47,862 nt of DNA, taken from positions 1 through 47,862 of the forward strand of contig JAFZET010000298.1 of assembly GCA_017560565.1 (NCBI GenBank). Reading direction: 5' to 3'. Both the position numbers and the translations under genes were made by a program. This DNA is from Clostridia bacterium (lineage in GTDB: Bacteria > Bacillota > Clostridia > Oscillospirales > CAG-272). Under the pieces are notes generated by a model. That model saw only the letters and a list, made by a program, of their open reading frames with translations. It ran no database searches and was not told the origin of the DNA. Positions 7,378 to 17,042 of this stretch are shown in pieces (position 1 is the stretch's first letter; every line of letters starts with the position of its first letter).

Positions 7378-10300
7378 TTACTTTTCGATTACGAGGGTCT
7401 TGATTTCAAAAGGACGGAATTCCAGTTCTACCTTGCCGTCAACGATGGGCAGTTCCACACCGTCTTCTTCCAGCAGATTGGTCACAGTCACACGGCTGGC
7501 ACCGGGGATTTCCACAGTGCAGTTTGTCTGGTTCCGTTCACATTCGTACAGACGGAGTACGGCGGCATCGGAATCTTCGGCAGCCTTGACAGCTTCGCAG
7601 ATGATGTTGGGTGCGGAAAGAGTGAACAGAGGCGCCAGATCCAGTACGCCGTTTACAGCCACAGGCTTGTAGTTCAGTTCGTAAGCGGGATATACTACAT
7701 TTTCAGCAGCAAAGGCACCTACATGAGGCAGCAGGGAGTATGTCATGTAATGTACGCCGTTGTCGGAAATGGGGTCGGGACGATAGCAGCCCTTGTGCAG
7801 GGTCAGACGCATATCGGATTCTTCCACGGAAATACCGTATTTGCAGTCGTTCAGCACAGCCACACCGTACCGGGATTCGGAAATATCGGACCAGCGGTGG
7901 TTGCAGACTTCAAACTTGGCGGCTTCCAGAGAAGTGTTGCGGGTGGTGGGACGTTCCACATGACCGAACTGGATTTCGTTCTTCACGAAGGCGGCACGTA
8001 CGTTTACATCGAAGCCGGCTTTCAGCAGAGCGTGGGGCTCGTTCCAGTCTACCTTCATTTCGTAGTCGATTCTGGGATCGTCTGCGTAGAATATGGTATC
8101 CACAACGGCGGTGGAGTTCTTGCTCAGACGGTAAGAAGCACGGACACGGTATTCCACAGCACCGTCGGAAACCACTTCACGGGACAGCATTTCGGTAACG
8201 GCGTTCATCTTGCGGAAGATGTCGTCTTCGATTTCCCAGTTGTCATAGTCGGTACACAGGTTTTCACCGAACCACAGAGTACCCAGAGGAGCACCGGCGG
8301 CTTTCTTTACCTGTCTGTTCACACGCTTGTCGATCAGGGAGGAAATGTATCCGGCTTCGTCAAAGACTACGGTGTAGATGGGTGTTTCCAGTACATTGCC
8401 GCAGGTCTTGAAGGGGCTTTCGGCAGAGGCAGCTTCACCGGCAGTCAGTACGGCGGCAGCCATAGCGGGAATCTTTACCGCTACAGCAGTCTTGGGCTGA
8501 CCATCGGCATCGGTATAGCTCTGGCTCTTCACACCGGCAAAGGACAGTTCACCGTCCAGGGTGGTAACATAGCTGCGGTCAAAGGACAGGGGGTTGTACA
8601 GGGAGATGGTACCGCTCTGTTCCTTGGCCAGGGAGGCAGCGAAGTCGGCGGTGATACCGTTGGCATCGGCGATCAGCTTCTGCATTTCCGGGAAGGCGAT
8701 TTCGTATACCTTGGGAATACTGGTGCCGGGCAGGATGTCGTGGAACTGGTTCTTCAGCACGATCTTGTAGAATTCGTCCCGTACATACCGGTCGGTCTTG
8801 TCTGTCAGTACGCCGAACAGTTCCATGTTCCGCAGAGCGATTTCTGCCAGACGGTTGTTTTTCTTGACATGGTGCATCTGGGTCAGGGTACCTCTGTGAT
8901 ATTCCAGATACAGTTCGCCGTCATACAGGGGCAGCTTGTCACGGCGCTGTTCCAGTTTCTTCATAAAGGCAGAAGCGGTGGTGGATTCGATGGTGGGCAT
9001 ACCGTCCAGATCCTTTACACGCTTCATGTATTCCAGCATACCGTAGGTGGGACCGCCGCCGCCGTCGCCGAAACCATAGGCAGCCAGTCTGCTGTCATTG
9101 GAGTGCTTGTCCCGGATTTCCGCCACAGCACCGTTCAGGGTGGGCACATCGGGGATCAGGTGCATCCGGTTCAGGTGGGTCATGACTTCGGTACCGTCGA
9201 TGCCGCGCCAGATGAAGGTGTCTGCCGGGAAGGTGTTCAGGTCACTCCAGGACATCTTGGTGGTGTAGAAATACTTGACGCCGGCACCCTGCATGATCTG
9301 AGGGATAGCGCCGTTGTAGCCGAAGGTATCGGGCAGCCAGAATGCATCGGAACGGTAGCCCAGATACTTTTCGGTGAACCGCTGACCGTACAGGAACTGA
9401 CGAACCATGGATTCGCCGCCGGTTACGTTGCAGTCACATTCCACCCATACGCCGCCGTTGGGTTCGTAGCGTCCTTCAGCAACACGCTGACGGATGCCTT
9501 CGAAAATGTCAGGATAGTATTCCCGCATCCAGTCCAGATGGAGCGCAGAGGACTGAATGAAGGTGTATTCGGGATACAGTTCCATCAGATTCAGGGCTTC
9601 CGCATAGGTTCTGGCGCACTTACGGATGGTTTCGGAAACGGGCCACAGCCACGCAGTATCCATGTGGGAATGACCGATCAGACCGATATACCCTCTGGAG
9701 CGGTCGCCGCCGGGATGCTTTTCCAGGGCGGGTGCCAGAATGGGCAGGATCTTTTCCGCACAGGCACGCAGTTCTTCTTCGGTTGCATAGGCAACGTCCT
9801 GGATCAGGTAGGGGAAAGCCTCCATCAGGCATTCGTGGGCCTTGATGGCGGTGAAATTGTTTTCCGGCAGCCGGGCGATCTGCAGTACGGTGGAAACATC
9901 GAAGCAGAAATCCCGGAAGGTTTCGTCCAGAATGCAGATGCGGATGCCGTGGTATCCCTTCTGGAAGTTGGTCTGTGCTCTTTCCTGACCGTAGGAGCTG
10001 TAGGGAGAACAGCCCAGACAATCGTGACCGGCGTAGCATTCAAAGTCCAGAGTATAGGTTTCTCCTGCTTTTGCACAACCGGCAACGAACATGGCGGAGT
10101 GCATGGCACCGAGGAAGTTGTTCTTGGAATTGATGATCCCGGCGGGCTTGCCGTTCCGGTAGCAGAGGATTTCCACGGCTTCCGCATCAGGAATCACACA
10201 AAGAATTTTGCCGTCGGCACAGTCCGGTACGGTCACTTCGGTGTGGAGCCAGAGATTGCCGTATTCATTCCCCCAGCGGGCACCGGGAACAATGGGGTTC

Positions 10301-10461
10301 ATGGCAGAAACATCGGGGGGCAGGCGCAGATGTTCATCGGTTGCAAAGGCCAGCACATTCTCTGCCTGGGCAACAGTGCGGAAAATGTGTGCCGCATACC
10401 GTTCCAGTACATTGTCGTACTTTTTGTAGGTACGCTGGATATAGGGGGTGTGGTTCATCAT
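7378..10461 (-). CDS. Alpha-mannosidase, glycoside hydrolase family 38 (cytoplasmic)
   Basis: Hallmark GH38 N-terminal catalytic motif GHSHMDTAWLWP. The length of about 1030 aa is typical, and there is no signal peptide. I place the start at ATG 10461 because the RBS AAAGGA lies inside the GTG-initiated extension listed in the track. Confidence 0.9.
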   Translation of the reverse strand: MMNHTPYIQRTYKKYDNVLERYAAHIFRTVAQAENVLAFATDEHLRLPPDVSAMNPIVPGARWGNEYGNLWLHTEVTVPDCADGKILCVIPDAEAVEILCYRNGKPAGIINSKNNFLGAMHSAMFVAGCAKAGETYTLDFECYAGHDCLGCSPYSSYGQERAQTNFQKGYHGIRICILDETFRDFCFDVSTVLQIARLPENNFTAIKAHECLMEAFPYLIQDVAYATEEELRACAEKILPILAPALEKHPGGDRSRGYIGLIGHSHMDTAWLWPVSETIRKCARTYAEALNLMELYPEYTFIQSSALHLDWMREYYPDIFEGIRQRVAEGRYEPNGGVWVECDCNVTGGESMVRQFLYGQRFTEKYLGYRSDAFWLPDTFGYNGAIPQIMQGAGVKYFYTTKMSWSDLNTFPADTFIWRGIDGTEVMTHLNRMHLIPDVPTLNGAVAEIRDKHSNDSRLAAYGFGDGGGGPTYGMLEYMKRVKDLDGMPTIESTTASAFMKKLEQRRDKLPLYDGELYLEYHRGTLTQMHHVKKNNRLAEIALRNMELFGVLTDKTDRYVRDEFYKIVLKNQFHDILPGTSIPKVYEIAFPEMQKLIADANGITADFAASLAKEQSGTISLYNPLSFDRSYVTTLDGELSFAGVKSQSYTDADGQPKTAVAVKIPAMAAAVLTAGEAASAESPFKTCGNVLETPIYTVVFDEAGYISSLIDKRVNRQVKKAAGAPLGTLWFGENLCTDYDNWEIEDDIFRKMNAVTEMLSREVVSDGAVEYRVRASYRLSKNSTAVVDTIFYADDPRIDYEMKVDWNEPHALLKAGFDVNVRAAFVKNEIQFGHVERPTTRNTSLEAAKFEVCNHRWSDISESRYGVAVLNDCKYGISVEESDMRLTLHKGCYRPDPISDNGVHYMTYSLLPHVGAFAAENVVYPAYELNYKPVAVNGVLDLAPLFTLSAPNIICEAVKAAEDSDAAVLRLYECERNQTNCTVEIPGASRVTVTNLLEEDGVELPIVDGKVELEFRPFEIKTLVIEK

Positions 10462-10508
10462 AGAGGCAGATCCTTTCTTTTCCACGGAGTCTGTGTTTTT
10501 CTGTTCTA

Positions 10509-10537
10509 ATTATAACAGAGATATACGGGGTTGTCAA
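10509..10537 (-). promoter_or_regulatory. SigmaA-type promoter for GH38
   Basis: Minus strand reads TTGACA (10537-10532), a 17-nt spacer, then TATAAT (10514-10509), with TGT upstream of the -10 element. Confidence 0.6.
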
Positions 10538-10618
10538 TCGGGAGTTTTCCCTAAAAATCGGGTCTGTGTGATGCTGTGGAAACCGGCGGAGAGAAAATGC
10601 AATTCCGGATGGTTATAC

Positions 10619-10647
10619 TTGCCTTTCGCAGGTGGTTGTGCTATAAT
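10619..10647 (+). promoter_or_regulatory. SigmaA-type promoter for the ABC exporter operon
   Basis: TTGCCT (10619-10624), a 17-nt spacer, then TATAAT (10642-10647) with an extended -10 TGC. Confidence 0.6.
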
Positions 10648-10687
10648 ACATATAACTTTGGATTTCTGCCATTTGAGGAGGATTCTC

Positions 10688-12421
10688 TTGAAAAAACTTC
10701 TTCCGTTTCTGAAACCGTATATAAAAGAATGCATCCTCGGTCCCCTGTTCAAGCTGCTGGAAGCTTCCTTTGAATTGTTTGTTCCCCTGGTGGTGGCTGC
10801 CGTGATCGATGAAGGGATCGCTTATGCAGACAAAGCAGTTATCTGGAAAATGTGCGGGGTACTGGTACTGCTGGGGCTGATCGGTATGGTCTGCTCCATT
10901 ACGGCACAGTTTTTCTCCGCCAAAGCCGCTGTGGGGTTCGCTACCCGGATCCGTCAGGCACTGTTTGCCCATATTCAGACCCTATCCTTCGGGGCACTGG
11001 ATAAGATCGGTACCTTCACGCTGATCACCCGTCTGACCAGTGATGTGAATCAGGTGCAGTCCGGGCTGAATCTGACCCTGCGTCTGTTGCTCCGGTCTCC
11101 CTTTGTGGTGTTCGGTGCCATGATTATGGCTTTCACCATCGATGTGCCCTCTGCCCTGATTTTTGCCGTGACCATTCCGATCCTTTGTGTCATTGTGTTC
11201 GGGATCATGCTTGTTTCCATGCCGCTGTACAAAAAGGTGCAGGCACAGCTGGATAAGGTACTCGGTGCCACCCGGGAAAGCCTGACCGGTTCCCGTTTCA
11301 TCCGGGCATTCCGCATGGAGGAAGATGCACAGGAAACCTTTGATGCGCGGAACGAAAGCCTGACCGCTCTGCAGCGGTATGTGGGACGGATTTCCGCACT
11401 GATGAACCCCATCACCTATATCATCATCAACATCGCCGTGATTGTGCTGATCCATACCGGTGCTATTCGGGTGGAAACCGGGATCATCACCCAGGGTGCG
11501 CTTGTGGCACTGTATAACTATATGTCCCAGATTCTGGTGGAGCTGGTGAAGATGGCAAACATGATCATCCAGCTGACCAAAGCCGCCGCCTGCGCCAAGC
11601 GGATCGGGGATGTGCTGGATACCGCTCCCGGGCAGACTTTTCCGGATGCGGATGCAACGCAGGACAACAACGCTCCTGCCGTGGAGTTCCGTCATGTTTC
11701 TCTCCGGTACGGCGGTGCGGGGGATGAATCCCTGACCGATATTGATTTTTCCGTTCCCGCAGGATCCACTGTAGGCATCATCGGCGGTACCGGTTCCGGG
11801 AAATCCTCTCTGGTGAGCCTGATTCCCCGTTTCTATGATGCAACCGCCGGGGCAGTGCTGGTAAATGGCGTGAATGTGCAGGAATATACCGCTGATACCC
11901 TTCGGGGGAAGATCGGATATGTCCTGCAGAAAGCGCTGCTGTTCCACGGCACCATCCGGGACAATCTGCGCTGGGGCAATCCGGAGGCTTCCGATGAAGA
12001 ACTGCTGGAAGCCGCTTCTCTTGCCCAGGCAGGAGATATTGTGGCCAAAAAGGGGTTGGATCACATGATCGAGCAGGAAGGACGGAATCTTTCCGGCGGT
12101 CAGCGGCAGAGATTGACCATTGCCAGAGCCCTTGTCAGAAAGCCGGAGATCCTGATTTTTGACGACTCCGCCTCTGCGCTGGATCTGGCTACCGATGCCG
12201 CACTGCGCCGTGCCATCGGACAGATCTCCTATCATCCTACGGTATTTATCGTTTCCCAGCGAACCTCTTCCCTCCGTCACGCTGACCAGATACTTGTACT
12301 GGATGACGGCGTTCTGGTGGGGAAGGGTACCCATGACGAACTGCTGGCATCCTGTGAAATCTATCGTGAGATCCATCAGTCCCAGACGGGCGAAAGATCC
12401 GGGAAAGGAGGTAATAGCTGA
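10688..12421 (+). CDS. ABC exporter half-transporter (TMD-NBD), subunit carrying the degenerate nucleotide-binding site
   Basis: TTG start at 10688, 7 nt after GAGGAGG. Six-TM exporter domain followed by an NBD with Walker A GGTGSGKSS and signature LSGGQRQR. Walker B is ILIFDD, so Asp replaces the catalytic Glu. The H-loop His is replaced by Gln (VSQRTSS). Confidence 0.9.
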   Translation: MKKLLPFLKPYIKECILGPLFKLLEASFELFVPLVVAAVIDEGIAYADKAVIWKMCGVLVLLGLIGMVCSITAQFFSAKAAVGFATRIRQALFAHIQTLSFGALDKIGTFTLITRLTSDVNQVQSGLNLTLRLLLRSPFVVFGAMIMAFTIDVPSALIFAVTIPILCVIVFGIMLVSMPLYKKVQAQLDKVLGATRESLTGSRFIRAFRMEEDAQETFDARNESLTALQRYVGRISALMNPITYIIINIAVIVLIHTGAIRVETGIITQGALVALYNYMSQILVELVKMANMIIQLTKAAACAKRIGDVLDTAPGQTFPDADATQDNNAPAVEFRHVSLRYGGAGDESLTDIDFSVPAGSTVGIIGGTGSGKSSLVSLIPRFYDATAGAVLVNGVNVQEYTADTLRGKIGYVLQKALLFHGTIRDNLRWGNPEASDEELLEAASLAQAGDIVAKKGLDHMIEQEGRNLSGGQRQRLTIARALVRKPEILIFDDSASALDLATDAALRRAIGQISYHPTVFIVSQRTSSLRHADQILVLDDGVLVGKGTHDELLASCEIYREIHQSQTGERSGKGGNS

Positions 12422-14169
12422 TGGCTGCCAAGAAAAAACTGGATAAAAATACCATTCGGGAAGTGCTCCGCTATATCAGAAGATACCGGTTTCTACTGGT
12501 GCTATCTCTGCTTGCGGCTTTTGTATCCGCTGTACTTTCGCTGTATATCCCTATTCTGGTGGGGCGTGCCATTGACTGTGCGGTTGGTGCCGGTACGGTG
12601 GATATGGACAGCATCATTGCCTATCTGGTGAAGATTGCTCTCTGTACTGCCCTGATCGCTCTGTCTCAGTGGACCATGACTACATTCCACAACCGTATTA
12701 CCTTCCAGGTGATACGGGATATCCGGCATGAAGCCTTTGAAAAAATCAGCACTCTGCCCCTCTCCTTCATCGACAGCCATTCTCACGGAGAGATCGTCAG
12801 CCGGGTGATTGCCGATGCGGATGCCTTCGGGGACGGTCTGCTGATGGGGTTCTCCAACCTGTTCACCGGGGTAGTCACCATTCTTGGTACGCTGATCTTC
12901 ATGCTGACCATCCATCCGCTGATCACGCTGGTGGTGGTGGTTCTGACGCCCCTGTCTCTGTTTGTAGCCAGTTTCATTGCAAAGCATACCCATGATATGT
13001 TCAAAAAGCAGTCCGAAACCCGGGGAGAACTGACTGCCTTTATCAACGATGTGATCTCCGGTCAGAATGTGGTATCCGCATTCGGCAGAGAAGATGCCAT
13101 GATCGAAGAATTTTCCGAAATTAACGACCGGCTGGAAAAATATGCTCTGCGTGCGACCTTCTTTTCTTCCATCACCAATCCTTCCACCCGGTTTGTAAAC
13201 AATATGGTATATGCCGCTGTCTGTCTGACCGGTGCGCTGACCGTGCTTTCCGGCGGAATGACAGTGGGGGGACTGACCAGCTTCCTCAGCTATGCCAACC
13301 AGTATACCAAGCCGTTCAACGAAATTTCCGGTGTGATCACGGAGCTGCAGAATGCCCTTGCCTGTGCCGCACGTGTATTTGACCTGATCCGTCAGCCCGG
13401 CGAACCGGATGACCCGGAAAACGCCGTGGTGCTGACCGATGTGGCAGGGGATGTGACCATTGATGATGTTTCGTTCTCCTATGTGCCGGAAAAGCCTCTG
13501 ATCTGCCATTTCAATCTTCATGTCCGCCAAGGGATGCGTGTAGCCATCGTAGGTCCTACCGGCTGCGGCAAAACAACATTGATTAACCTGCTGATGCGGT
13601 TCTATGATGTAAACAGCGGGGATATTTCCCTGGACGGGCAGTCTGTGTTTGCCGCCACCCGGCACAGTCTCCGGGAAAACATCGGTATGGTACTGCAGGA
13701 TACATGGCTTCTGGACGGTACAGTGCGGGACAACATTGCCATGGGACGGGATGCGACCGATGAGGAAATTATTGCCGCCGCCAAAGCTGCCCATGCTCAC
13801 AGCTTCATCAAGCGTTTGCCGGAAGGGTACAATACCGTCATCGGCGAGGACAAAGGCGGGCTTTCCCAGGGGCAGAGACAGCTTATCAGCATCGCAAGAA
13901 TTATGCTGAAGGTGCCGCCCATGCTGATTCTGGACGAAGCCACCTCTTCTATCGATACCCGCACGGAAATGAAGATTCAGGAAGCTTTTGCACGGATGAT
14001 GGAAGGGCGCACCAGCTTCATCGTTGCCCATCGTCTTTCCACCGTCCGGGAAACGGATATGATCCTTGTAATGCGGGACGGCTCTGTAGTGGAAACGGGT
14101 ACCCACGACGAACTGGTGGAAAAGGGCGGTTTCTATGCCTCCCTGTGGAACAGCCAGTTTGCCGTGTAA
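12421..14169 (+). CDS. ABC exporter half-transporter (TMD-NBD), subunit carrying the consensus catalytic residues
   Basis: Its ATG overlaps the upstream TGA (TGATG). Walker A is GPTGCGKTT, Walker B is LILDEATS with the catalytic Glu present, and the H-loop is VAHRLST. The signature motif is non-canonical (LSQGQRQ). Confidence 0.9.
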   Translation: MAAKKKLDKNTIREVLRYIRRYRFLLVLSLLAAFVSAVLSLYIPILVGRAIDCAVGAGTVDMDSIIAYLVKIALCTALIALSQWTMTTFHNRITFQVIRDIRHEAFEKISTLPLSFIDSHSHGEIVSRVIADADAFGDGLLMGFSNLFTGVVTILGTLIFMLTIHPLITLVVVVLTPLSLFVASFIAKHTHDMFKKQSETRGELTAFINDVISGQNVVSAFGREDAMIEEFSEINDRLEKYALRATFFSSITNPSTRFVNNMVYAAVCLTGALTVLSGGMTVGGLTSFLSYANQYTKPFNEISGVITELQNALACAARVFDLIRQPGEPDDPENAVVLTDVAGDVTIDDVSFSYVPEKPLICHFNLHVRQGMRVAIVGPTGCGKTTLINLLMRFYDVNSGDISLDGQSVFAATRHSLRENIGMVLQDTWLLDGTVRDNIAMGRDATDEEIIAAAKAAHAHSFIKRLPEGYNTVIGEDKGGLSQGQRQLISIARIMLKVPPMLILDEATSSIDTRTEMKIQEAFARMMEGRTSFIVAHRLSTVRETDMILVMRDGSVVETGTHDELVEKGGFYASLWNSQFAV

Positions 14170-14190
14170 GCCTGTGAGGGGAGGAAGATC

Positions 14191-15093
14191 ATGTATTATC
14201 TGCTGATTCTGGTGGCTGTGGTGCTTCTGGCACTGCAGTTCTGTACCAACAAATTCTACCAGCTCCGGTTCGGGAATGCGGTGACGGCTTCCCTGCTGTT
14301 CACGGCTCTGAACGGTCTGACCACGGCTCTGCTGTTCTTCTGCATCGGCGGATTCCGGCTGACCGTGACGGCATACTCCCTGATGATGGCGGCTGTTATT
14401 GCGGTTCTTTGCTGTCTGTATACCCTGATCGGGTTCAGGATGCTTGCGCTTGGGAATATGTCCGTGTATACCATGTTTCTCATGCTGGGCGGGATGCTGC
14501 TGCCCTATCTGTACGGGGTGTTCTGGCTGGATGAGGAAATCACCGTCTGCCGGATCCTGGGGGTGATCCTTCTGGCGCTTTCCATGGTTTTTCCTGTGCT
14601 GGGTACCGGCGATGATGAGAGTAAAAAGAAAACCAGAACCCTTTTCCTGCTGCTCTGTCTGGTGGTGTTCACCCTGAACGGGTTTGTCAGCATCACCTCC
14701 AAGATGCACCAGATCTCCGACAGACTGATCGTGGGGGAAAACGATTTTGTGATCCTGTCCAACGGGATGAACGGTCTGATCTCTTCTGTCGCCCTGTTTT
14801 TCATGTGTCTCGCCCGCCGTACAGCTCCTCTCAGAGAACCGCTGACTGCCGGAAGCATGGGACTGATTGCCGGGATCATCGGAGTAAGCGCTGCCTGCAA
14901 CGGAACATCCTATATGCTTCAGCTGATCGGCGCCGCCAATGTGCCTGCATCTGTGCTGTATCCCATGGTTACAGGCGGGATGATGGTGCTCTCTGCTGTG
15001 GCCGGAATGGTGTTCTTCCGGGAATTTCCCGATAAAAAGACGGCTGTCGGTCTGCTGTTGGCCTTTGCGGCAACCTTCCTGTTCCTGTTCTGA
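14191..15093 (+). CDS. Polytopic membrane protein, DMT/EamA-like transporter fold (about 10 TM)
   Basis: RBS GGGGAGGAAG, 21 nt after the ABC gene and in the same operon. Two roughly five-helix hydrophobic halves are separated by a charged loop (GDDESKKKTR). Confidence 0.6.
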   Translation: MYYLLILVAVVLLALQFCTNKFYQLRFGNAVTASLLFTALNGLTTALLFFCIGGFRLTVTAYSLMMAAVIAVLCCLYTLIGFRMLALGNMSVYTMFLMLGGMLLPYLYGVFWLDEEITVCRILGVILLALSMVFPVLGTGDDESKKKTRTLFLLLCLVVFTLNGFVSITSKMHQISDRLIVGENDFVILSNGMNGLISSVALFFMCLARRTAPLREPLTAGSMGLIAGIIGVSAACNGTSYMLQLIGAANVPASVLYPMVTGGMMVLSAVAGMVFFREFPDKKTAVGLLLAFAATFLFLF

Positions 15094-15098
15094 CAGAA

Positions 15099-15144
15099 AT
15101 ACCGCTGTGTGCCTGTCCATGGTGATGCAGCGGTATATTTTTAT
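15099..15144 (+). terminator. Intrinsic terminator of the ABC/DMT operon
   Basis: Stem ATACCGCTG (15099-15107) pairs with CAGCGGTAT (15128-15136), followed by ATTTTTAT. Confidence 0.65.
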
Positions 15145-15222
15145 AATTTTGGTGAAAAGTTAGTGAAACGGCAGATATGGTTGTCTTATCTTTATGAAAA
15201 GACTTTGTAAGGGAGGGATTCT

Positions 15223-15765
15223 GTGATCCTTTTGGATATGCTGGCAGCGTTCAGCGATCCGGCGGAAGAAGAGCTGGAAGCCTTGATGGATGCGTATGAA
15301 AACCTGCTGTACGCCATTACGGTGGGGATTCTCGGGAATGGCCGCAGGGAGGATGCGGAAGAATGTGTGGCGGACACGTTTCTGGCCTACTGGCGGAACC
15401 GGCACCGTCCCATTGAAAATGTACAGGCATATCTGGCGGTGTCTGCCAAGCACATGGCACTGAACCGGCTGAAACAGCTACGCCGCCGGGAATACGAACA
15501 GCTGACAGAAGAAATGCCGGATCTGTTTTCCCTGTCTCCGGAGGAAGAAGTGATGGAGACCATCAACGAGGAAATTGTCAGACAGGTGCTGACGGAACTG
15601 AAAGGCTACGACGGAGAGATTTTTCTCAGACGGTATTTCTGGTGTCAGAGTGTGAAGGAGATTGCCCGGCAGATGGGACTGCAGCCGAAATTTGTGGAAA
15701 ACCGGCTGTATCTGGCGAAAAAGCACATCCGGGAAGAACTGCTCCGGCGGCACATCAATCTGTAA
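15223..15765 (+). CDS. RNA polymerase sigma-70 family factor, ECF-like (regions 2 and 4)
   Basis: GTG start 5 nt after GGGAGGG. About 180 aa. A region-2-like segment (EDAEECVADTFLAYWRN) and a region-4 HTH (SVKEIARQMGLQPKFVENRLYLAKKHI). Confidence 0.8.
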   Translation: MILLDMLAAFSDPAEEELEALMDAYENLLYAITVGILGNGRREDAEECVADTFLAYWRNRHRPIENVQAYLAVSAKHMALNRLKQLRRREYEQLTEEMPDLFSLSPEEEVMETINEEIVRQVLTELKGYDGEIFLRRYFWCQSVKEIARQMGLQPKFVENRLYLAKKHIREELLRRHINL

Positions 15766-15778
15766 GGGAGGAAAGCGT

Positions 15779-17020
15779 ATGCGATACGATATACCGATGG
15801 ATTTTTATCCCGCACCGGTGCGGCTGACAAGAGGACAGAAACAGCGGATCCGGAATCTGGTACAGCGCAGTCTCCGGGGGGAAAAGGTCAACAATGTGGT
15901 ACCCCAGCGGAGTCTGGTGCCGATACTGGTGATGTTTGCGCTGTGTATCCTCCTTGGCGTTACGGTTTCTCAGCCGCAGGTACGGGAGTTTGTCGCAGAA
16001 GCGGCTGCAAGAATCACCGGATTTTTCGTCAGGGAAGAAACCGGCCCTCAGGAAGAAACTCTGCCGGAAACGGAACTGGAAGCAGAAACACCGAAAACTG
16101 AAACAAGTATCGGCGCAGAGGTCACGGTGGGGGATGTCCGGCTGACGGTGGACAAAGCCATCCTTGCGGAAAACGGGCTGTACATTCATCTGGAGTTTAC
16201 GCATCTCACAGGCTCCTTTGACGGAGATATTCTTCAGTTTGACACTCTGTCTCTGGGGTATGAAGCTGTGCCGGAACAAATCAGCCACATCGATCCTTGG
16301 TACAATCTTATGTCGCTGCAATGGGGCGAAATGGGGATTTATGCAGGAGAAGTGTTCGCTCTGCTGAATCGGGGGGAAAGTCCCCAGTCCGAGGTGTCCT
16401 ACTGGCTGCATCTGGGAACGGAAAAGCAACAGACAGGGCAGTACCGGCTGCAGATCGGGCGGCTCTTCGGCTGTGACACATCGGCAGCGGAATTTGTCTG
16501 CACGGAGTATGGTGATTTTGATGTGATCTTTACACTGACGGAGATCCCGGAGATTACACCGACAGTCCGGTATACACCCATGTCCTCCTTTGCTCTGGGC
16601 GATGTGGAATACACGCTTTCTTATGTGGAAGCGGCACCGCTGAAAATCACGGTGGAGATCACCTGCGGAAGGGAGAATACCTTTTCACCGGAAGGATTCC
16701 CGGAGCTGCAGCTGACACCGGTGCACAAGCTGTACGGTATGTTCAATGCTGTCAGAGAACTGGAACTGACGGGAGAAAAGCGGAACGAACTGTACGAGCA
16801 GCAGTATGATCTTACACCGGTATTCAGCACAGAAGCCGGTTCGCCGGAGTACCAGGCAAGCAGTTACAGTTATTCGTACCGAAAGACGGAAGCGGAAGAG
16901 GATGCTGTTTATTTCGAGTTTGCCATGACAGAACCGCTGCAGCCGGATAGGCTCCGTCGGCTTGTGCTGGAACGGATGGACGGCATGGCATCGGCTGTGA
17001 TCTGGGAAGCGGATGAGTAA
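15779..17020 (+). CDS. Putative anti-sigma factor: short cytoplasmic N-terminus, one TM helix, about 340-aa extracytoplasmic domain
   Basis: ATG at 15779 lies after AGGGAGGAAAG, 13 nt downstream of the sigma stop. One TM segment (LVPILVMFALCILLGVTV) is followed by an acidic linker. The call rests on position and architecture only. No zf-HC2 (HxxxCxxC) motif is present. Confidence 0.6.
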   Translation: MRYDIPMDFYPAPVRLTRGQKQRIRNLVQRSLRGEKVNNVVPQRSLVPILVMFALCILLGVTVSQPQVREFVAEAAARITGFFVREETGPQEETLPETELEAETPKTETSIGAEVTVGDVRLTVDKAILAENGLYIHLEFTHLTGSFDGDILQFDTLSLGYEAVPEQISHIDPWYNLMSLQWGEMGIYAGEVFALLNRGESPQSEVSYWLHLGTEKQQTGQYRLQIGRLFGCDTSAAEFVCTEYGDFDVIFTLTEIPEITPTVRYTPMSSFALGDVEYTLSYVEAAPLKITVEITCGRENTFSPEGFPELQLTPVHKLYGMFNAVRELELTGEKRNELYEQQYDLTPVFSTEAGSPEYQASSYSYSYRKTEAEEDAVYFEFAMTEPLQPDRLRRLVLERMDGMASAVIWEADE

Positions 17021-17042
17021 GCCGGACAAAATTTTTCAACAG

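Noticed and set aside
7723-10509. 928-aa plus-strand ORF antisense to the GH38 gene. Similar giants occur at 12502..15120 (872 aa), 19462..21714 (750 aa), 28331..30667 (778 aa), 23185..24933, 25225..26961, 17748..18995, 35770..36996, 37085..38356, 40875..42164 and 42810..44294.
   Set aside because: Each lies codon-aligned on the opposite strand of a gene with clear family motifs. The sense genes almost never use TTA, CTA or TCA codons, so the mirror frame has no stops. The translations are low-complexity (G/H/Q/V/R-rich) with no recognisable motifs, RBSs or promoters. They are codon-bias artefacts, not overlapping genes.
10448-10687. Upstream extensions of track ORFs. Examples: ABC exporter from 10448, anti-sigma from 15662, lipoprotein from 19427, GH2 from 30760, beta-helix from 30736, FAD enzyme from 37128, BNR from 38293, secreted protein from 39393.
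   Set aside because: In every case a downstream start has a canonical RBS at 5-10 nt, coincides with the expected N-terminus (signal peptide, Rossmann motif and so on), and lies downstream of a recognisable promoter that falls inside the extension.
15164-15189. ECF-type autoregulatory promoter (TGAAAC -35 box) upstream of the sigma gene. A second TGAAAC lies just upstream of the lipoprotein start at 21726.
   Set aside because: No CGT-type -10 element lies at the expected 16-17 nt spacing; the sequence there is TTAT. The second TGAAAC is too close to the start codon to serve as a -35 box. This is insufficient for a call.
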